Below, piece by piece: positions 10,228 to 19,698 of a stretch of 64,000 bases of DNA. Under the pieces are notes generated by a model. The model saw nothing but the letters and a program-made list of their open reading frames with translations, was not told the origin of the DNA and made no database searches. Source of the DNA: an uncultured Planctomycetales bacterium (lineage in GTDB: Bacteria; Omnitrophota; Gorgyraeia; Gygaellales; Profunditerraquicolaceae); contig CAZOGI010000010.1 in the NCBI GenBank assembly GCA_964579435.1, positions 23,583 to 87,582 on the forward strand, written 5' to 3'. Position numbers and translations under genes: made by a program. Position 1 is the stretch's first letter. The number at the start of each line of letters is the position of its first letter.

Positions 10228-10748
10228 ATTCCCGACCGTTCAGATCCCACGGAAACGGCACCTTCAAGCGCGCGGACTTCGCCGCGCTGGGTAAGAACGT
10301 CATTTTCGAAAAGGGAGTGCTGGTCTTTCATCCCGGAACGATCCGCATCGAAGATAACGTCTACATCGGCCACAGCACGATCCTCAAAGGCTATCATCAG
10401 AACACCCTAAAGATCGGCAGCGGCACCTGGATCGGCCAGCAGTGCTTCCTGCACAGCGCCGGAGGCCTGCGCATCGGCAGGAACGTCGGCATCGGCCCCG
10501 CGGTCAGGATCTTGACGTCTTCCCACAGCGCCGAGCCGCGGGGCATCCCCATACTGCAGACGCCGCTCATTTTCAGAGCGGTCGTGATCGAAGACGACGG
10601 CGATATCGGGACGGGAGCGATCATTTTGCCCGGGGTTTCCATCGGCCGCGGCGCCCTTATCGGGGCCGGCAGTGTCGTCACCAGGGACATACCCGCATAC
10701 AGCGTCGCCGCGGGTGTCCCGGCCCGCGTCAAGCGCAAACGAACTTGA
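10224..10748 (+). CDS. Hexapeptide-repeat (LbH) acetyltransferase
   Basis: Repeated [LIV]G-x-x-x-x-I hexapeptides ([51 protein letters not shown]). ATGA overlap with upstream gene. Confidence 0.75.
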   Translation: MNSRPFRSHGNGTFKRADFAALGKNVIFEKGVLVFHPGTIRIEDNVYIGHSTILKGYHQNTLKIGSGTWIGQQCFLHSAGGLRIGRNVGIGPAVRILTSSHSAEPRGIPILQTPLIFRAVVIEDDGDIGTGAIILPGVSIGRGALIGAGSVVTRDIPAYSVAAGVPARVKRKRT

Positions 10749-10753
10749 ATACC

Positions 10754-11458
10754 GTGAACGCGCCGCCGCAGATCAGCGCTGTCGTCATGGCCTACAACGA
10801 GGCTGGGTCCCTGCGCAGCGTCGTCGAAGAGATCGGCAGGGAATTGCAGGGGCTCTCGCGTCCCTGCGAGATCATCATCGTAAACGACGGCTCGACCGAC
10901 GGGTCCGCGCAAGCGGCAGAGGAGCTCGCCCGGGCCAACCCGTCGGTAAGCGTGATACATCATCCGGCCAACCGCGGGTTAGGGGGGGTGTACGCGACCG
11001 GATTCGCCAAGGCGCGCGGCGACTACATCACCTTTTTCCCCGCGGACGGCCAATTCCCCGCCTCGATCATCAAACGCTTCTTGTGCCGCATGGACGATGC
11101 GGACCTGATCCTGGGATACATCCCCGAACGCAAAAGCCCCGTCCTGGGGATACTTCTGTCGGCATGCGAAAAACTGCTCTACCGCTGCCTTTTCGGCCCG
11201 GTCCCGCGGCTCCAGGGGATATTCATGGTGCGCCGCTCGATACTCCGGGAGCTGAACCTGCAGAGCGACCCCGCGCGGGGATGGGGGATCGTCATGGAGC
11301 TGATCATCAGGGCCCACCGCGCACGAATGCGGATCGCGCACGAATCAACCACCATGCGCCCCCGTTCCTGCGGCTCCTCGAAAGTGAACAACATACGGAC
11401 TGCAGCGGCTAATTTCAAACAGCTCCTGCGGCTCTTCTTCATCCTCAGACGCCGATGA
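10754..11458 (+). CDS. Glycosyltransferase family 2 (DPM1/ArnC-like polyprenyl-phosphate sugar synthase type)
   Basis: ISAVVMAYNEAGSL...CEIIIVNDGSTDGS. GTG start at 10754 (alternative ATG 10787). About 230 aa, the size of lipid-linked sugar synthases. Confidence 0.7.
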   Translation: MNAPPQISAVVMAYNEAGSLRSVVEEIGRELQGLSRPCEIIIVNDGSTDGSAQAAEELARANPSVSVIHHPANRGLGGVYATGFAKARGDYITFFPADGQFPASIIKRFLCRMDDADLILGYIPERKSPVLGILLSACEKLLYRCLFGPVPRLQGIFMVRRSILRELNLQSDPARGWGIVMELIIRAHRARMRIAHESTTMRPRSCGSSKVNNIRTAAANFKQLLRLFFILRRR

Positions 11459-12975
11459 AACGCTCTAGCGGCATTATCCTGGCCGTACTGCTGGCGGCCA
11501 ACCTCGTTGCGCATTTCCTGCCCCTGGAACGCCAGGCCCTGGCGCCCGACGATTACGCGGCACTGGTCCGCGCCCGGGGAGTCTCCCTGAAACAGGCCCT
11601 GAGCAACACGCTGCGCTACCCCGACCGGCCGCTCAATTATCTGGTCCTGTATCTTCAGGCGCGCTTTACCGGCGACCATCCGCAAAGAGGGCTTGTCCTT
11701 GTATTTCTCTCCAGCACGCTTTTGCTGCTGTGCGTTTTCCTCCTCTTTGATGCGCTCACCGGCGAGCGGCGCCTGGCGCTGCTGGCAGGATTCTTTTACT
11801 GCCTGCTCCCTGTAAAGCTGGAGACCTACCATACGCCGATCTTTTTCAACACCAACCTCGCCAGCTGCCTTTTCGTGCTGAGTTTCTATTTCTTTGTGCG
11901 TTTCGCGAACGAAAACCGGCGTCTTTATCTGTCTCTGTCGCTGTTGCTCTACGGAACCGGCATCTTCTGGTACGAAATCGGATTTTTCCTCCCCATCATC
12001 GCCGCGTGCTACTACCTTTTCCAGCGCAAAGAAAAGATCGACTCCCGGGCGCTCCTGCCGTACCTGTCTCTCATGGGTATCTATGCGGCGTATCGCCTCT
12101 CGGGCGGGTTCGGTTGTGCGGACAGACCGGAGAGCACGCACCAGCTCCGGGCGGCGGCGTTTCCGCTCAATCTGCTGGAGCTGGCGCACCACCTGGGCGG
12201 CCGCTATCTCCTGCGCACCGCCGGCTACGGCCTTATGCAATTTTTCAAAGCGGATCTTGCCTGGCCGCTGGTATGGGCCGGGTGCAATGCGGCGTTACTC
12301 ACCCTGATCCAAAAGAGACACATGACACAGGACACAAGACACAAAAAAGAACCGGTCAACAACCTGTTTCTGACGTGTGTCTTCGCCTTTTTCGCGCTGC
12401 CCATCCTGCTCAACGGGGCAGGGGGGGTTGCCGGAAGACACCTGGTCCTGCCGTCGCTGGCCCTGGCACTGTGGCTTGCCCTCTGGTGCGACCGGCCTGC
12501 GCCCGCGGGCCGCCGGTTTTGGATCTGGATCAGCGCAGGGCTCCTGTGCATCAGCCAGGGGACTGCCTGGAGCCAGGTCGTCGCCTGCCGGATCAATGCG
12601 GGGATCTACCGCGCATTGAAAGCCAATGCCCCGCAGTTGCAGAAGGCCGAAACGGTCATCATCGATCTGGAGAGCTTCGCCCGCCACATCCCGTTCACCC
12701 TCGTGCAGCGCGATTTCAATGTGCTCAACACCTATTACGGCGTCCAGTGCCTGGAAGACTGGGGACTGGTCTCGATGGTGCGCCTTGCCGGCGGCTCCCG
12801 GCACCGGACGTATAGCGCGGTTTCTACGCCCGCTCCCGAAGGGGCCGATGAGCTGCGCTTCTCGATACTGCAGGACGCCGGCTACCGTACCAAGAAACGC
12901 CTGACGATAACCGTGCCGAAGAAAAACTCCTTCCTCCTCGACTATGCAGACGCACAACGATACTTTCCCCGCTAA
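11455..12975 (+). CDS. Polytopic membrane protein, possible GT-C-like glycosyltransferase
   Basis: 506 aa with multiple TM segments. Contains an internal NGACACA heptamer repeat at 12318-12345. Confidence 0.4.
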   Translation: MKRSSGIILAVLLAANLVAHFLPLERQALAPDDYAALVRARGVSLKQALSNTLRYPDRPLNYLVLYLQARFTGDHPQRGLVLVFLSSTLLLLCVFLLFDALTGERRLALLAGFFYCLLPVKLETYHTPIFFNTNLASCLFVLSFYFFVRFANENRRLYLSLSLLLYGTGIFWYEIGFFLPIIAACYYLFQRKEKIDSRALLPYLSLMGIYAAYRLSGGFGCADRPESTHQLRAAAFPLNLLELAHHLGGRYLLRTAGYGLMQFFKADLAWPLVWAGCNAALLTLIQKRHMTQDTRHKKEPVNNLFLTCVFAFFALPILLNGAGGVAGRHLVLPSLALALWLALWCDRPAPAGRRFWIWISAGLLCISQGTAWSQVVACRINAGIYRALKANAPQLQKAETVIIDLESFARHIPFTLVQRDFNVLNTYYGVQCLEDWGLVSMVRLAGGSRHRTYSAVSTPAPEGADELRFSILQDAGYRTKKRLTITVPKKNSFLLDYADAQRYFPR

Positions 12976-14281
12976 AAGCGGGAGATCGCCGATGCGCATG
13001 CTGCTGGCAGCCGCCTTTGTGGGCGCCTGCGCGCTCTCTCCCGCATTCGGGCTCTGCAGCGCGCTCACCGTTGCATTTTTCCTCTTTGCGCGCTCCAGAA
13101 CCCCGAAAGAGTACCGGCTGCCCCTGACCGTTATCCTGGCAGGATCGCTTGCCGTCAGGCTGTTCCTGTTGGCCCTGCTGCAGCTGTTTTTACTCTCCCA
13201 GCAGCGGCTGGACCTCTTCGGCGACGCTGCCGACAATATCACGCACGGCATCCTGATCGCCCGGGCCCTGCCTGATCTAAACAGCCCCCTGGTCTACCAC
13301 ATCTCGCATCTCTGGTCGAATATCGCCTATAATATCCACATCAAAACCTTCTTCAACGGATTCTTCTTCCTCTTGGCCGGCCCGGATCTGCTGAGCCTCA
13401 AATACACCAACGCCCTGGCGATCGCCGCGGCCGCGTTTCTGCTCTTCCGGGTAGGCTGCGCGCTGCGCGGCCCCCGGACCGGGCTGTTCGCAGCAGCCCT
13501 GCTTTGCTTCTGGCCGACCCTGTTGATCTGGTCGCTCTCGGATCTTAAAGAGGCGCAGACGATCCTGACTATTTGCCTGCTCTTATTCTGCGGGGTGCGC
13601 ATCATCCTCAACCCTGGCGATGCGCGGATACTCGGTGCGCTCGTTCTCGCCGGAGGATACCTGGTGCTGCTGCGGACGAAACTGTTGCCGATCGTGATCG
13701 CCTATACGACGGCGGTCACGGTAACCGCTTTTTTCAAAACCATCCCTTCCGGCAAGCGCCCCTTCGCGGTTCTGATCCTGGCGCTGCTTTCGGGTGCGCT
13801 GCTCCTCTGGCAGCAAAAATACTTCTGGATCGGGTACGATCTGGTCCTCGGCGCCCAGATCGGCTTTCTCACCAGCGGCGGATGGAATTACGATTTCCTC
13901 CGTTATCTCAACGTACTCCCGCCACATTCACCCGGCTTCATGCTGCTTTTCTCTCTCTTTGCCTGGTTCCATTTCCTGAGCGAACCCTTGCCCTGGCACG
14001 GTTTTTCGCTGGGGCTGCGCACGCTCATTCCCTTTACCCTGCTCTGGTATGCGCTCTTGGCGATGGCCGTGCGCGGACTCTTTATGGTTTGGCAGCACCC
14101 GAACAAACGGTCCCGGATCGTACCTCTTTGCCTGTGGTTCTTGATCTACGGGACGATGGTCGGTATGTCCATCGCCAATATCGGCACCGCCGTGCGTTTT
14201 CGCGACGCGCTGCTGCCGGCCGTCGTCCTCCTGGCCGGCTGCGGGCTGCGCTCACACGATGACTCGACCGCCTGCCCATAA
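12944..14281 (+). CDS. Polytopic membrane protein (polymerase/ligase or GT-C-like)
   Basis: 445 aa, highly hydrophobic throughout. Alternative start ATG 12992. Confidence 0.4.
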   Translation: MQTHNDTFPAKSGRSPMRMLLAAAFVGACALSPAFGLCSALTVAFFLFARSRTPKEYRLPLTVILAGSLAVRLFLLALLQLFLLSQQRLDLFGDAADNITHGILIARALPDLNSPLVYHISHLWSNIAYNIHIKTFFNGFFFLLAGPDLLSLKYTNALAIAAAAFLLFRVGCALRGPRTGLFAAALLCFWPTLLIWSLSDLKEAQTILTICLLLFCGVRIILNPGDARILGALVLAGGYLVLLRTKLLPIVIAYTTAVTVTAFFKTIPSGKRPFAVLILALLSGALLLWQQKYFWIGYDLVLGAQIGFLTSGGWNYDFLRYLNVLPPHSPGFMLLFSLFAWFHFLSEPLPWHGFSLGLRTLIPFTLLWYALLAMAVRGLFMVWQHPNKRSRIVPLCLWFLIYGTMVGMSIANIGTAVRFRDALLPAVVLLAGCGLRSHDDSTACP

Positions 14282-15416
14282 CCGTTTTTTCGATCCGCAA
14301 CGCTGCCGGCTCTTTGCCCTCGGCCGTAACGGCATGTATGCGGCAGGGCTCCTTGCCGGTATCGGTAAAGGGGATCAGGTGCTAACCCCTGCCTTTGACT
14401 GTGACGCAGCGCTACAGCCTTTCCGCGCGCTCGGGGCCGACTGCGTCTTTTACCGCAGCGATCCGCTGACCCTGGAGGCAGACCGGCAGGACCTCCAACG
14501 GCGGATCGGCCCGCGCACCAAGCTCATCCACATCATCCAGCATTTCGGCATGCCGCAACCGTGGGATGAGATCGCAAAGATCCGGGAGAGAACCGGCATC
14601 CCGATCCTGGAAGACAATGCCTACTCGCTTTTTTCCTCGTACCGCAACCGCCCCTTCGGCACGTTCGGCGACATGGCGGTCTTCTCCCTGCGCAAGAATT
14701 TTCCGTTGACCGACGGGGGGATGCTGCGCCTCAATGCCCCGGGATACAGCCTGCAACGCTTTCCCGACCGGAAACCGCCATTGCTGTACCGCGAACAGAC
14801 AGGCCCGCTCCTGAGCCTGACCAAACGCCGCCTTGTTTCGATGCCATATTTGGGGACCGCACTGCGCGGCCTCCGGCACCGCCTGGGGCAGGCCCCTTTG
14901 GTTGCGCCGCCGCTCTATTGCGAAAACGCCGGGATCCCCGTAGTGGCGCAGCGCGACAAAACCGGCACAGAATTCTCCTGCGACTATCTGCGGCCGATGT
15001 CGGGGTATGCGCGAAAGCGATTTTTCTCCTATACGGACGGACTGATCCGGGAGATAGGGGAGAAGAAACGCTTTTTCTACGCGCAGGCGACGCTGCGGCT
15101 TAAACAGGCGCCGGGAATCTCGGTACTCTGGCCACAGCTGCCCGAAGGCATCGTTCCCTTCGGCGTGCTGTTACTGGTACCGCGCGGCCGCGACCGGCTC
15201 TATGAGCGCCTCTGCAGGCAACACGAAGTATTGACCTGGCCGACCCTGCCGGGCGCGGTCCTGGAACGCCTTGCGGAATTTCCCGAAGTCCTCACCCTGG
15301 GAAGGCAACTGCTGATACTCAACCTTCCCGCCGACAGGATCCTGCGCAAAGACTTTGCCTCATCCTGGGAGCAGCTCCTTGAACGGACCGCCTCACTGAG
15401 CGCAGAATATTCATGA
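14259..15416 (+). CDS. DegT/DnrJ/EryC1/StrS-like PLP-dependent sugar aminotransferase/dehydratase family protein (atypical short N-terminus)
   Basis: ILEDNAYSLFSSYRNRPFGTFGDMAVFSLRKNFPLTDGG resembles the DegT region around the PLP lysine. The N-terminal part looks shortened. Confidence 0.5.
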   Translation: MTRPPAHNRFFDPQRCRLFALGRNGMYAAGLLAGIGKGDQVLTPAFDCDAALQPFRALGADCVFYRSDPLTLEADRQDLQRRIGPRTKLIHIIQHFGMPQPWDEIAKIRERTGIPILEDNAYSLFSSYRNRPFGTFGDMAVFSLRKNFPLTDGGMLRLNAPGYSLQRFPDRKPPLLYREQTGPLLSLTKRRLVSMPYLGTALRGLRHRLGQAPLVAPPLYCENAGIPVVAQRDKTGTEFSCDYLRPMSGYARKRFFSYTDGLIREIGEKKRFFYAQATLRLKQAPGISVLWPQLPEGIVPFGVLLLVPRGRDRLYERLCRQHEVLTWPTLPGAVLERLAEFPEVLTLGRQLLILNLPADRILRKDFASSWEQLLERTASLSAEYS

Positions 15417-16528
15417 GACACTCCTGGATCACGAGCCTGGAAGACTTTCTGCCCCTCGCCGCCGAATGGGACGCGGCCGCACAAAAGGCCAACAACGATA
15501 ACCCGTTTCTTCTTTCCAGTTTCATCACCGCCTGGTGGCAGTATTTCAAAAAGGGAAAGGCGTTGCGGATACTGGCCCTCTTCGACCACGGCCGGCTGTG
15601 CGCGGGACTGCCGCTCTTTAAAGAACGCCTCGGCACCCGGGCCGCAGGCATATCCGTCCTGCGTTACCCGGGCGGTTCAGCGGCGAATTACACCGAACCG
15701 TTCACGCTACTTGACGGAGCGCATTTTTGGGAGGCCTTCGAGGAAGCGCTGGGCGCACGCCGGGACTGGGACGCGCTTGCGCTCACCGACGTGCGCGCCT
15801 CATCGGTCCTCGTCGCTTCACAACCGTCTCTCTCTTTTGCGCGGACCGCGCAGCTGATTGCGCTGCACGACCATGACAATTACGTCCTGGACCTGGGCGC
15901 TGCCGCAGGTCCCGGCGCGCAACTCTCCAAAAAGCTCCTCAAAGATCTGCGCGCCAAACGCAAACACGCCGAAACGCGGCTGGGCCCGATCAGCTTGCGC
16001 GAAAAGACCGCTGAAGGGCACGTCCGGGAGCTCTTCGATACCTATCGCGCCTTTTCGCGCGCCGCCTTTTCGCAGCGCAGCCGCAGGAGCGCCTTCGAAG
16101 ACGGCGCCTACGCCGATTTTTTCCGGACCTTCCTGTCGGATATGCAGCGCCAGGGCCGCCTGGAGGCGCACGGGCTCTACGCGGGAGAGACCATCCTGGC
16201 GATCAGCTTCGCCTACCGCTTCGGCCCGGGATTCAACTGGGTACTCACCGGTTTTGACTACCGCTACCGGTATTTCCGGCCCGGCTACCTTCTCATCGAG
16301 GAGATCATTAAAATGCTCCTGAAGAGGGGAGAGACGCGCTATAATTGGTACGGGTACGGACGTTTTTACAAGGACCAGTGGTGCAACCGTACCGAGCCGC
16401 TCCTGCGCTTCTGGGCGATACGCAACAGCTTTCGCGGCGCGGCGTTCTGGACCGGGGAACGGATCAAACAGCGCGCCAGGCAGAACCCCTTGCTGGCAGG
16501 GATCAAACGAAAGCTCCAGCCCCGCTAA
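15413..16528 (+). CDS. FemAB-like / GNAT-fold acyltransferase (PEP-CTERM-locus-type FemAB-related protein)
   Basis: 371 aa. Soluble two-lobed protein sitting between a sugar-aminotransferase-like gene and a polysaccharide deacetylase. Assigned on overall resemblance only. Confidence 0.45.
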   Translation: MRHSWITSLEDFLPLAAEWDAAAQKANNDNPFLLSSFITAWWQYFKKGKALRILALFDHGRLCAGLPLFKERLGTRAAGISVLRYPGGSAANYTEPFTLLDGAHFWEAFEEALGARRDWDALALTDVRASSVLVASQPSLSFARTAQLIALHDHDNYVLDLGAAAGPGAQLSKKLLKDLRAKRKHAETRLGPISLREKTAEGHVRELFDTYRAFSRAAFSQRSRRSAFEDGAYADFFRTFLSDMQRQGRLEAHGLYAGETILAISFAYRFGPGFNWVLTGFDYRYRYFRPGYLLIEEIIKMLLKRGETRYNWYGYGRFYKDQWCNRTEPLLRFWAIRNSFRGAAFWTGERIKQRARQNPLLAGIKRKLQPR

Positions 16529-16532
16529 CACC

Positions 16533-17495
16533 ATGAAGATCGCCTCTGGCCTTCTGAACTCATACCGCAGCGTCAAAAAAAGCGCCCGCCATTTTCATAA
16601 TACCCGGCTGGACCGCTCGCCCAAGATGCTGGTGATTACCTATCACCGGGTAGTGCCTGCGGCCTGCTTCGATCCGCTGGGCGTCACCGTGAACCTGGAG
16701 ACGTTCAGGAAACAGATCCTCGGGATCGGCAGGAGATATCCGATCATTCCCCTGGCGACTGCCGCGGATTGGAGCAAAAACGGATTCCCCCGCCTGCCGC
16801 GCACGCACGCGGTCATCACGTTCGACGACGGCTATGCCGACAATTTCGCGTACGCCGCGGAATTCCTGAATGCACAGGGCATCCCGGCGGCATTCTTTGT
16901 GGTGACCGACTGGGCCGGTTCAAACCGGCTGCCCTGGGAGCATGTGCTGATGAGCGAACTCCTTCGGAAGAACACGGCGCTACGCGAACTGACGATCGGC
17001 ACTCGAACGATTTCCCAACGCACCGCCGAGTCGCGGCGGGCGTTCGCCCTGCGCGTCTTTGCGGCGGTCAAAACCGCTGCGCCCCAGGCGCGCCGCGGGC
17101 TTCAGGAGCGCCTCAACGACGGCGAAAAAACAGGAGAGCGCCTTTTTATGACCTGGGAGGAGCTGCACAGCCTCACCCGTTTTGGCCATGAGATCGGCTC
17201 CCACACCCAAACGCACCAATCGCTGCCGACCCTGCCGTTGGAAGAAGCGCTCCGGGAGATCCGTCAGAGTAAGGTTACCGTCGAGCGTCATACCAAAAGG
17301 CCCTGCCGTCATTTCGCCTTTCCCTTCGGCAGCCCCGACGACTACACCGATGAGCTTATCGAAGCGGTGCGCGCCGCCGGATATGATACCTGCCTCCTGA
17401 ATACCCAGGGCCCGACCCGGTTCGGACCGGAAACGTTCTGTTACCGCAGGATCGCCATGAGTGAGACAACCCGTATCTCCTCGCTGGCGGGATGA
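16533..17495 (+). CDS. Polysaccharide deacetylase (NodB homology domain)
   Basis: ITFDDGYADNFAYAAEFL and FGHEIGSHTQTHQSL metal-binding motifs. Confidence 0.8.
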   Translation: MKIASGLLNSYRSVKKSARHFHNTRLDRSPKMLVITYHRVVPAACFDPLGVTVNLETFRKQILGIGRRYPIIPLATAADWSKNGFPRLPRTHAVITFDDGYADNFAYAAEFLNAQGIPAAFFVVTDWAGSNRLPWEHVLMSELLRKNTALRELTIGTRTISQRTAESRRAFALRVFAAVKTAAPQARRGLQERLNDGEKTGERLFMTWEELHSLTRFGHEIGSHTQTHQSLPTLPLEEALREIRQSKVTVERHTKRPCRHFAFPFGSPDDYTDELIEAVRAAGYDTCLLNTQGPTRFGPETFCYRRIAMSETTRISSLAG

Positions 17496-18448
17496 CCATG
17501 ATCTCCGTCGTCATCCCGACGCACAACCGGGCGGCATTCCTGCCCGAAGCGATCGAAAGCGCGCTGGCGCAGACGCACCCCGAGCGCGAGGTCATCGTTG
17601 TCGACGACGCCTCCACCGACGGGACCGGGGCGATCCTCACGCGCTTCGGCACGCGCATCCGCGCGCTCTTTCAGCAAAACAGCGAACGCGCCGCCGCGCG
17701 CAATAACGGCATCCGCCACGCACGCGGCGAGATCATCGCGCTGCTTGATTCCGACGACGCCTGGCTGCCCGAACACCTGGAATCCTGCTGGAAGTTGCTG
17801 CGGGATAACCCGCGCCTGGGCGTCGCTTTTGCGGGGTCCTACCTGATCGACGGGCAGGGACGCACCCTGGGGCGGATGCCGATACGCCGCCAGGAAGGGG
17901 CGCTTTTCGAAAAGATCGTCTCGAGCTTCTCCTCGGGCGGCTGCAACGCCTCATCCTGCCTGATCCGCCGGGATATCCTGCTCAAAGCGGGGCTCTTCAA
18001 CGAAAACCGGGCCCTCTGCGGCTCAGAGGACTGGGAGCTCTGGGCGCGCCTTGCGGCGCTAACACAGATCGCCCCGACCGACCGCTACACCGTCAAGGTC
18101 CGCACCCACGCACAGCAGACCTCCGCCAACGCCGAGCGCATGAGCGCGTCGATGCAGCTTGCCCTGCGCACGGTACTTGACAACCCGGCGCTGGCCGCAC
18201 GCACCGCCGGATTGCGCCGGCAGGCCGAATGCAGCATGCATACGGTCATCGCGACCGGCTATTACGGCTGCAAGGATATGCGCCGCGCCCGTGCGCACCT
18301 GGGTAAGGCGCTGCGCGCGTATCCAGCGGGGCTCTTCACCAACCGCCTCATTATCTTTACGCTGCTGCGTTCGCTCCTCGGAGGAGAACTCAGCAGTGCG
18401 CTGCGAAAGCTCAAATGGAAACTCCAGCACCAAACACTCAGCCGATAA
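17492..18448 (+). CDS. Glycosyltransferase family 2
   Basis: ISVVIPTHNRAAFLPEAIESAL...VIVVDDASTDGT. DSDD motif. ATGA overlap with upstream gene. Confidence 0.8.
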   Translation: MTMISVVIPTHNRAAFLPEAIESALAQTHPEREVIVVDDASTDGTGAILTRFGTRIRALFQQNSERAAARNNGIRHARGEIIALLDSDDAWLPEHLESCWKLLRDNPRLGVAFAGSYLIDGQGRTLGRMPIRRQEGALFEKIVSSFSSGGCNASSCLIRRDILLKAGLFNENRALCGSEDWELWARLAALTQIAPTDRYTVKVRTHAQQTSANAERMSASMQLALRTVLDNPALAARTAGLRRQAECSMHTVIATGYYGCKDMRRARAHLGKALRAYPAGLFTNRLIIFTLLRSLLGGELSSALRKLKWKLQHQTLSR

Positions 18449-19698
18449 ACACCCTCTTCATCAGCTATAACGGGGCGCTGCAGCCGCTCCTGCAATCGCA
18501 GGGCATCCCGTATCTGGAAGGCCTCACCCGCCACGGGTTTCGTCCGGTACTCCTCACCTTCGAGCGTCCGGATGACCTAAAGAAAGAGGGAGGCGAAGAC
18601 ACGGAAGAGACGCTGCGCAGGCGTCTCCGGGGAAGCGGCCTCATCTGGCGCCGCCTTATCTACCACAAACGGCCGACGGTTCCGGCGACTTTTTTCGACA
18701 TCGCCCTGGGGACGTGCGCCTCTATCGGCCTGGTCCTGAAATACCGGATCCGCCTCATCCACTGCCGCGCAACCATCCCGGCGCTCATCGGGTTCCTGGT
18801 CAGCCGCCTGACCCGGACACCCCTGATCTTCGACCTGCGGGGGCTGATGGCAGAGGAGTACGCTGACGGTGGGATGTGGAAGAAAAACGGGTTCCTCTAC
18901 CGCCTGACCCGCTGGATCGAAAAAAGGCTCCTCGTCAAATCAGACGCGCGCATCGTGCTGAGCGAGAATATCGCAACGTTCCTGAAGGAGAGCGATTACC
19001 TTCCGGCCCCGGCGGGCGATCCGGGAAAGGAGAGCACGGTCATTCCCTGCTGCGTCGACTCCCGCCGCTTCAGTCTAAACGCCGCCCCGGCATTGCCCGA
19101 ACCTGCCCGCACTGCCTCTGCCGGGCGTTTCGTGCTTCTCTACAGCGGGTCACTGGGCACCTGGTATCTCCTGGATCAGATGCTTGACTTTTTCCAAGAG
19201 CTGCGGCTGCGCGTTCCCGCAGCGCACTTCGTACTGGCAACCCATACCGGCACGGACGCTGTGCTCCGGCGCAGAGACGAACGCCGGATTCCCCAAAACT
19301 CCCTTTCGGTCATCGAAGCCGCGTTTGCGCAGATGCCCGGGGTAATCTCGGCAGCCGACGCCGGCATCTTTTTCATAAAGCCGGTTTTTTCGAAACGCTC
19401 TTCCTGCCCGATAAAATTCGCCGAATACCTGGCCTGCGGCAAACCCGTGGTGCTCAATGCCGGGATCGGGGACACCGACGCGATTGTCGAGAAGAGGAAG
19501 GTAGGAGTGGTAATAAAATCCTTCCATAGACGCGATCTTTCGGATAAGATAAGTGAATTGCTCGCCCTTCTGGCCCAGCCGCGCAGCATCCTGGCGCAGC
19601 GCTGTGCCGAGACCGCGGAGGAACTCTTCGGCCTCGCCGAAGGGATAGAGCGTTACGCGGCGGTGTATCGACGCGTTTTGGCGCGCAGCACCCCGTGA
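18415..19698 (+). CDS. Glycosyltransferase family 4 (GT-B)
   Basis: GT-B layout. C-terminal EYLACGKPVVLNAGIGDTD resembles the GT4 E-x7-E region. Confidence 0.6.
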   Translation: METPAPNTQPINTLFISYNGALQPLLQSQGIPYLEGLTRHGFRPVLLTFERPDDLKKEGGEDTEETLRRRLRGSGLIWRRLIYHKRPTVPATFFDIALGTCASIGLVLKYRIRLIHCRATIPALIGFLVSRLTRTPLIFDLRGLMAEEYADGGMWKKNGFLYRLTRWIEKRLLVKSDARIVLSENIATFLKESDYLPAPAGDPGKESTVIPCCVDSRRFSLNAAPALPEPARTASAGRFVLLYSGSLGTWYLLDQMLDFFQELRLRVPAAHFVLATHTGTDAVLRRRDERRIPQNSLSVIEAAFAQMPGVISAADAGIFFIKPVFSKRSSCPIKFAEYLACGKPVVLNAGIGDTDAIVEKRKVGVVIKSFHRRDLSDKISELLALLAQPRSILAQRCAETAEELFGLAEGIERYAAVYRRVLARSTP

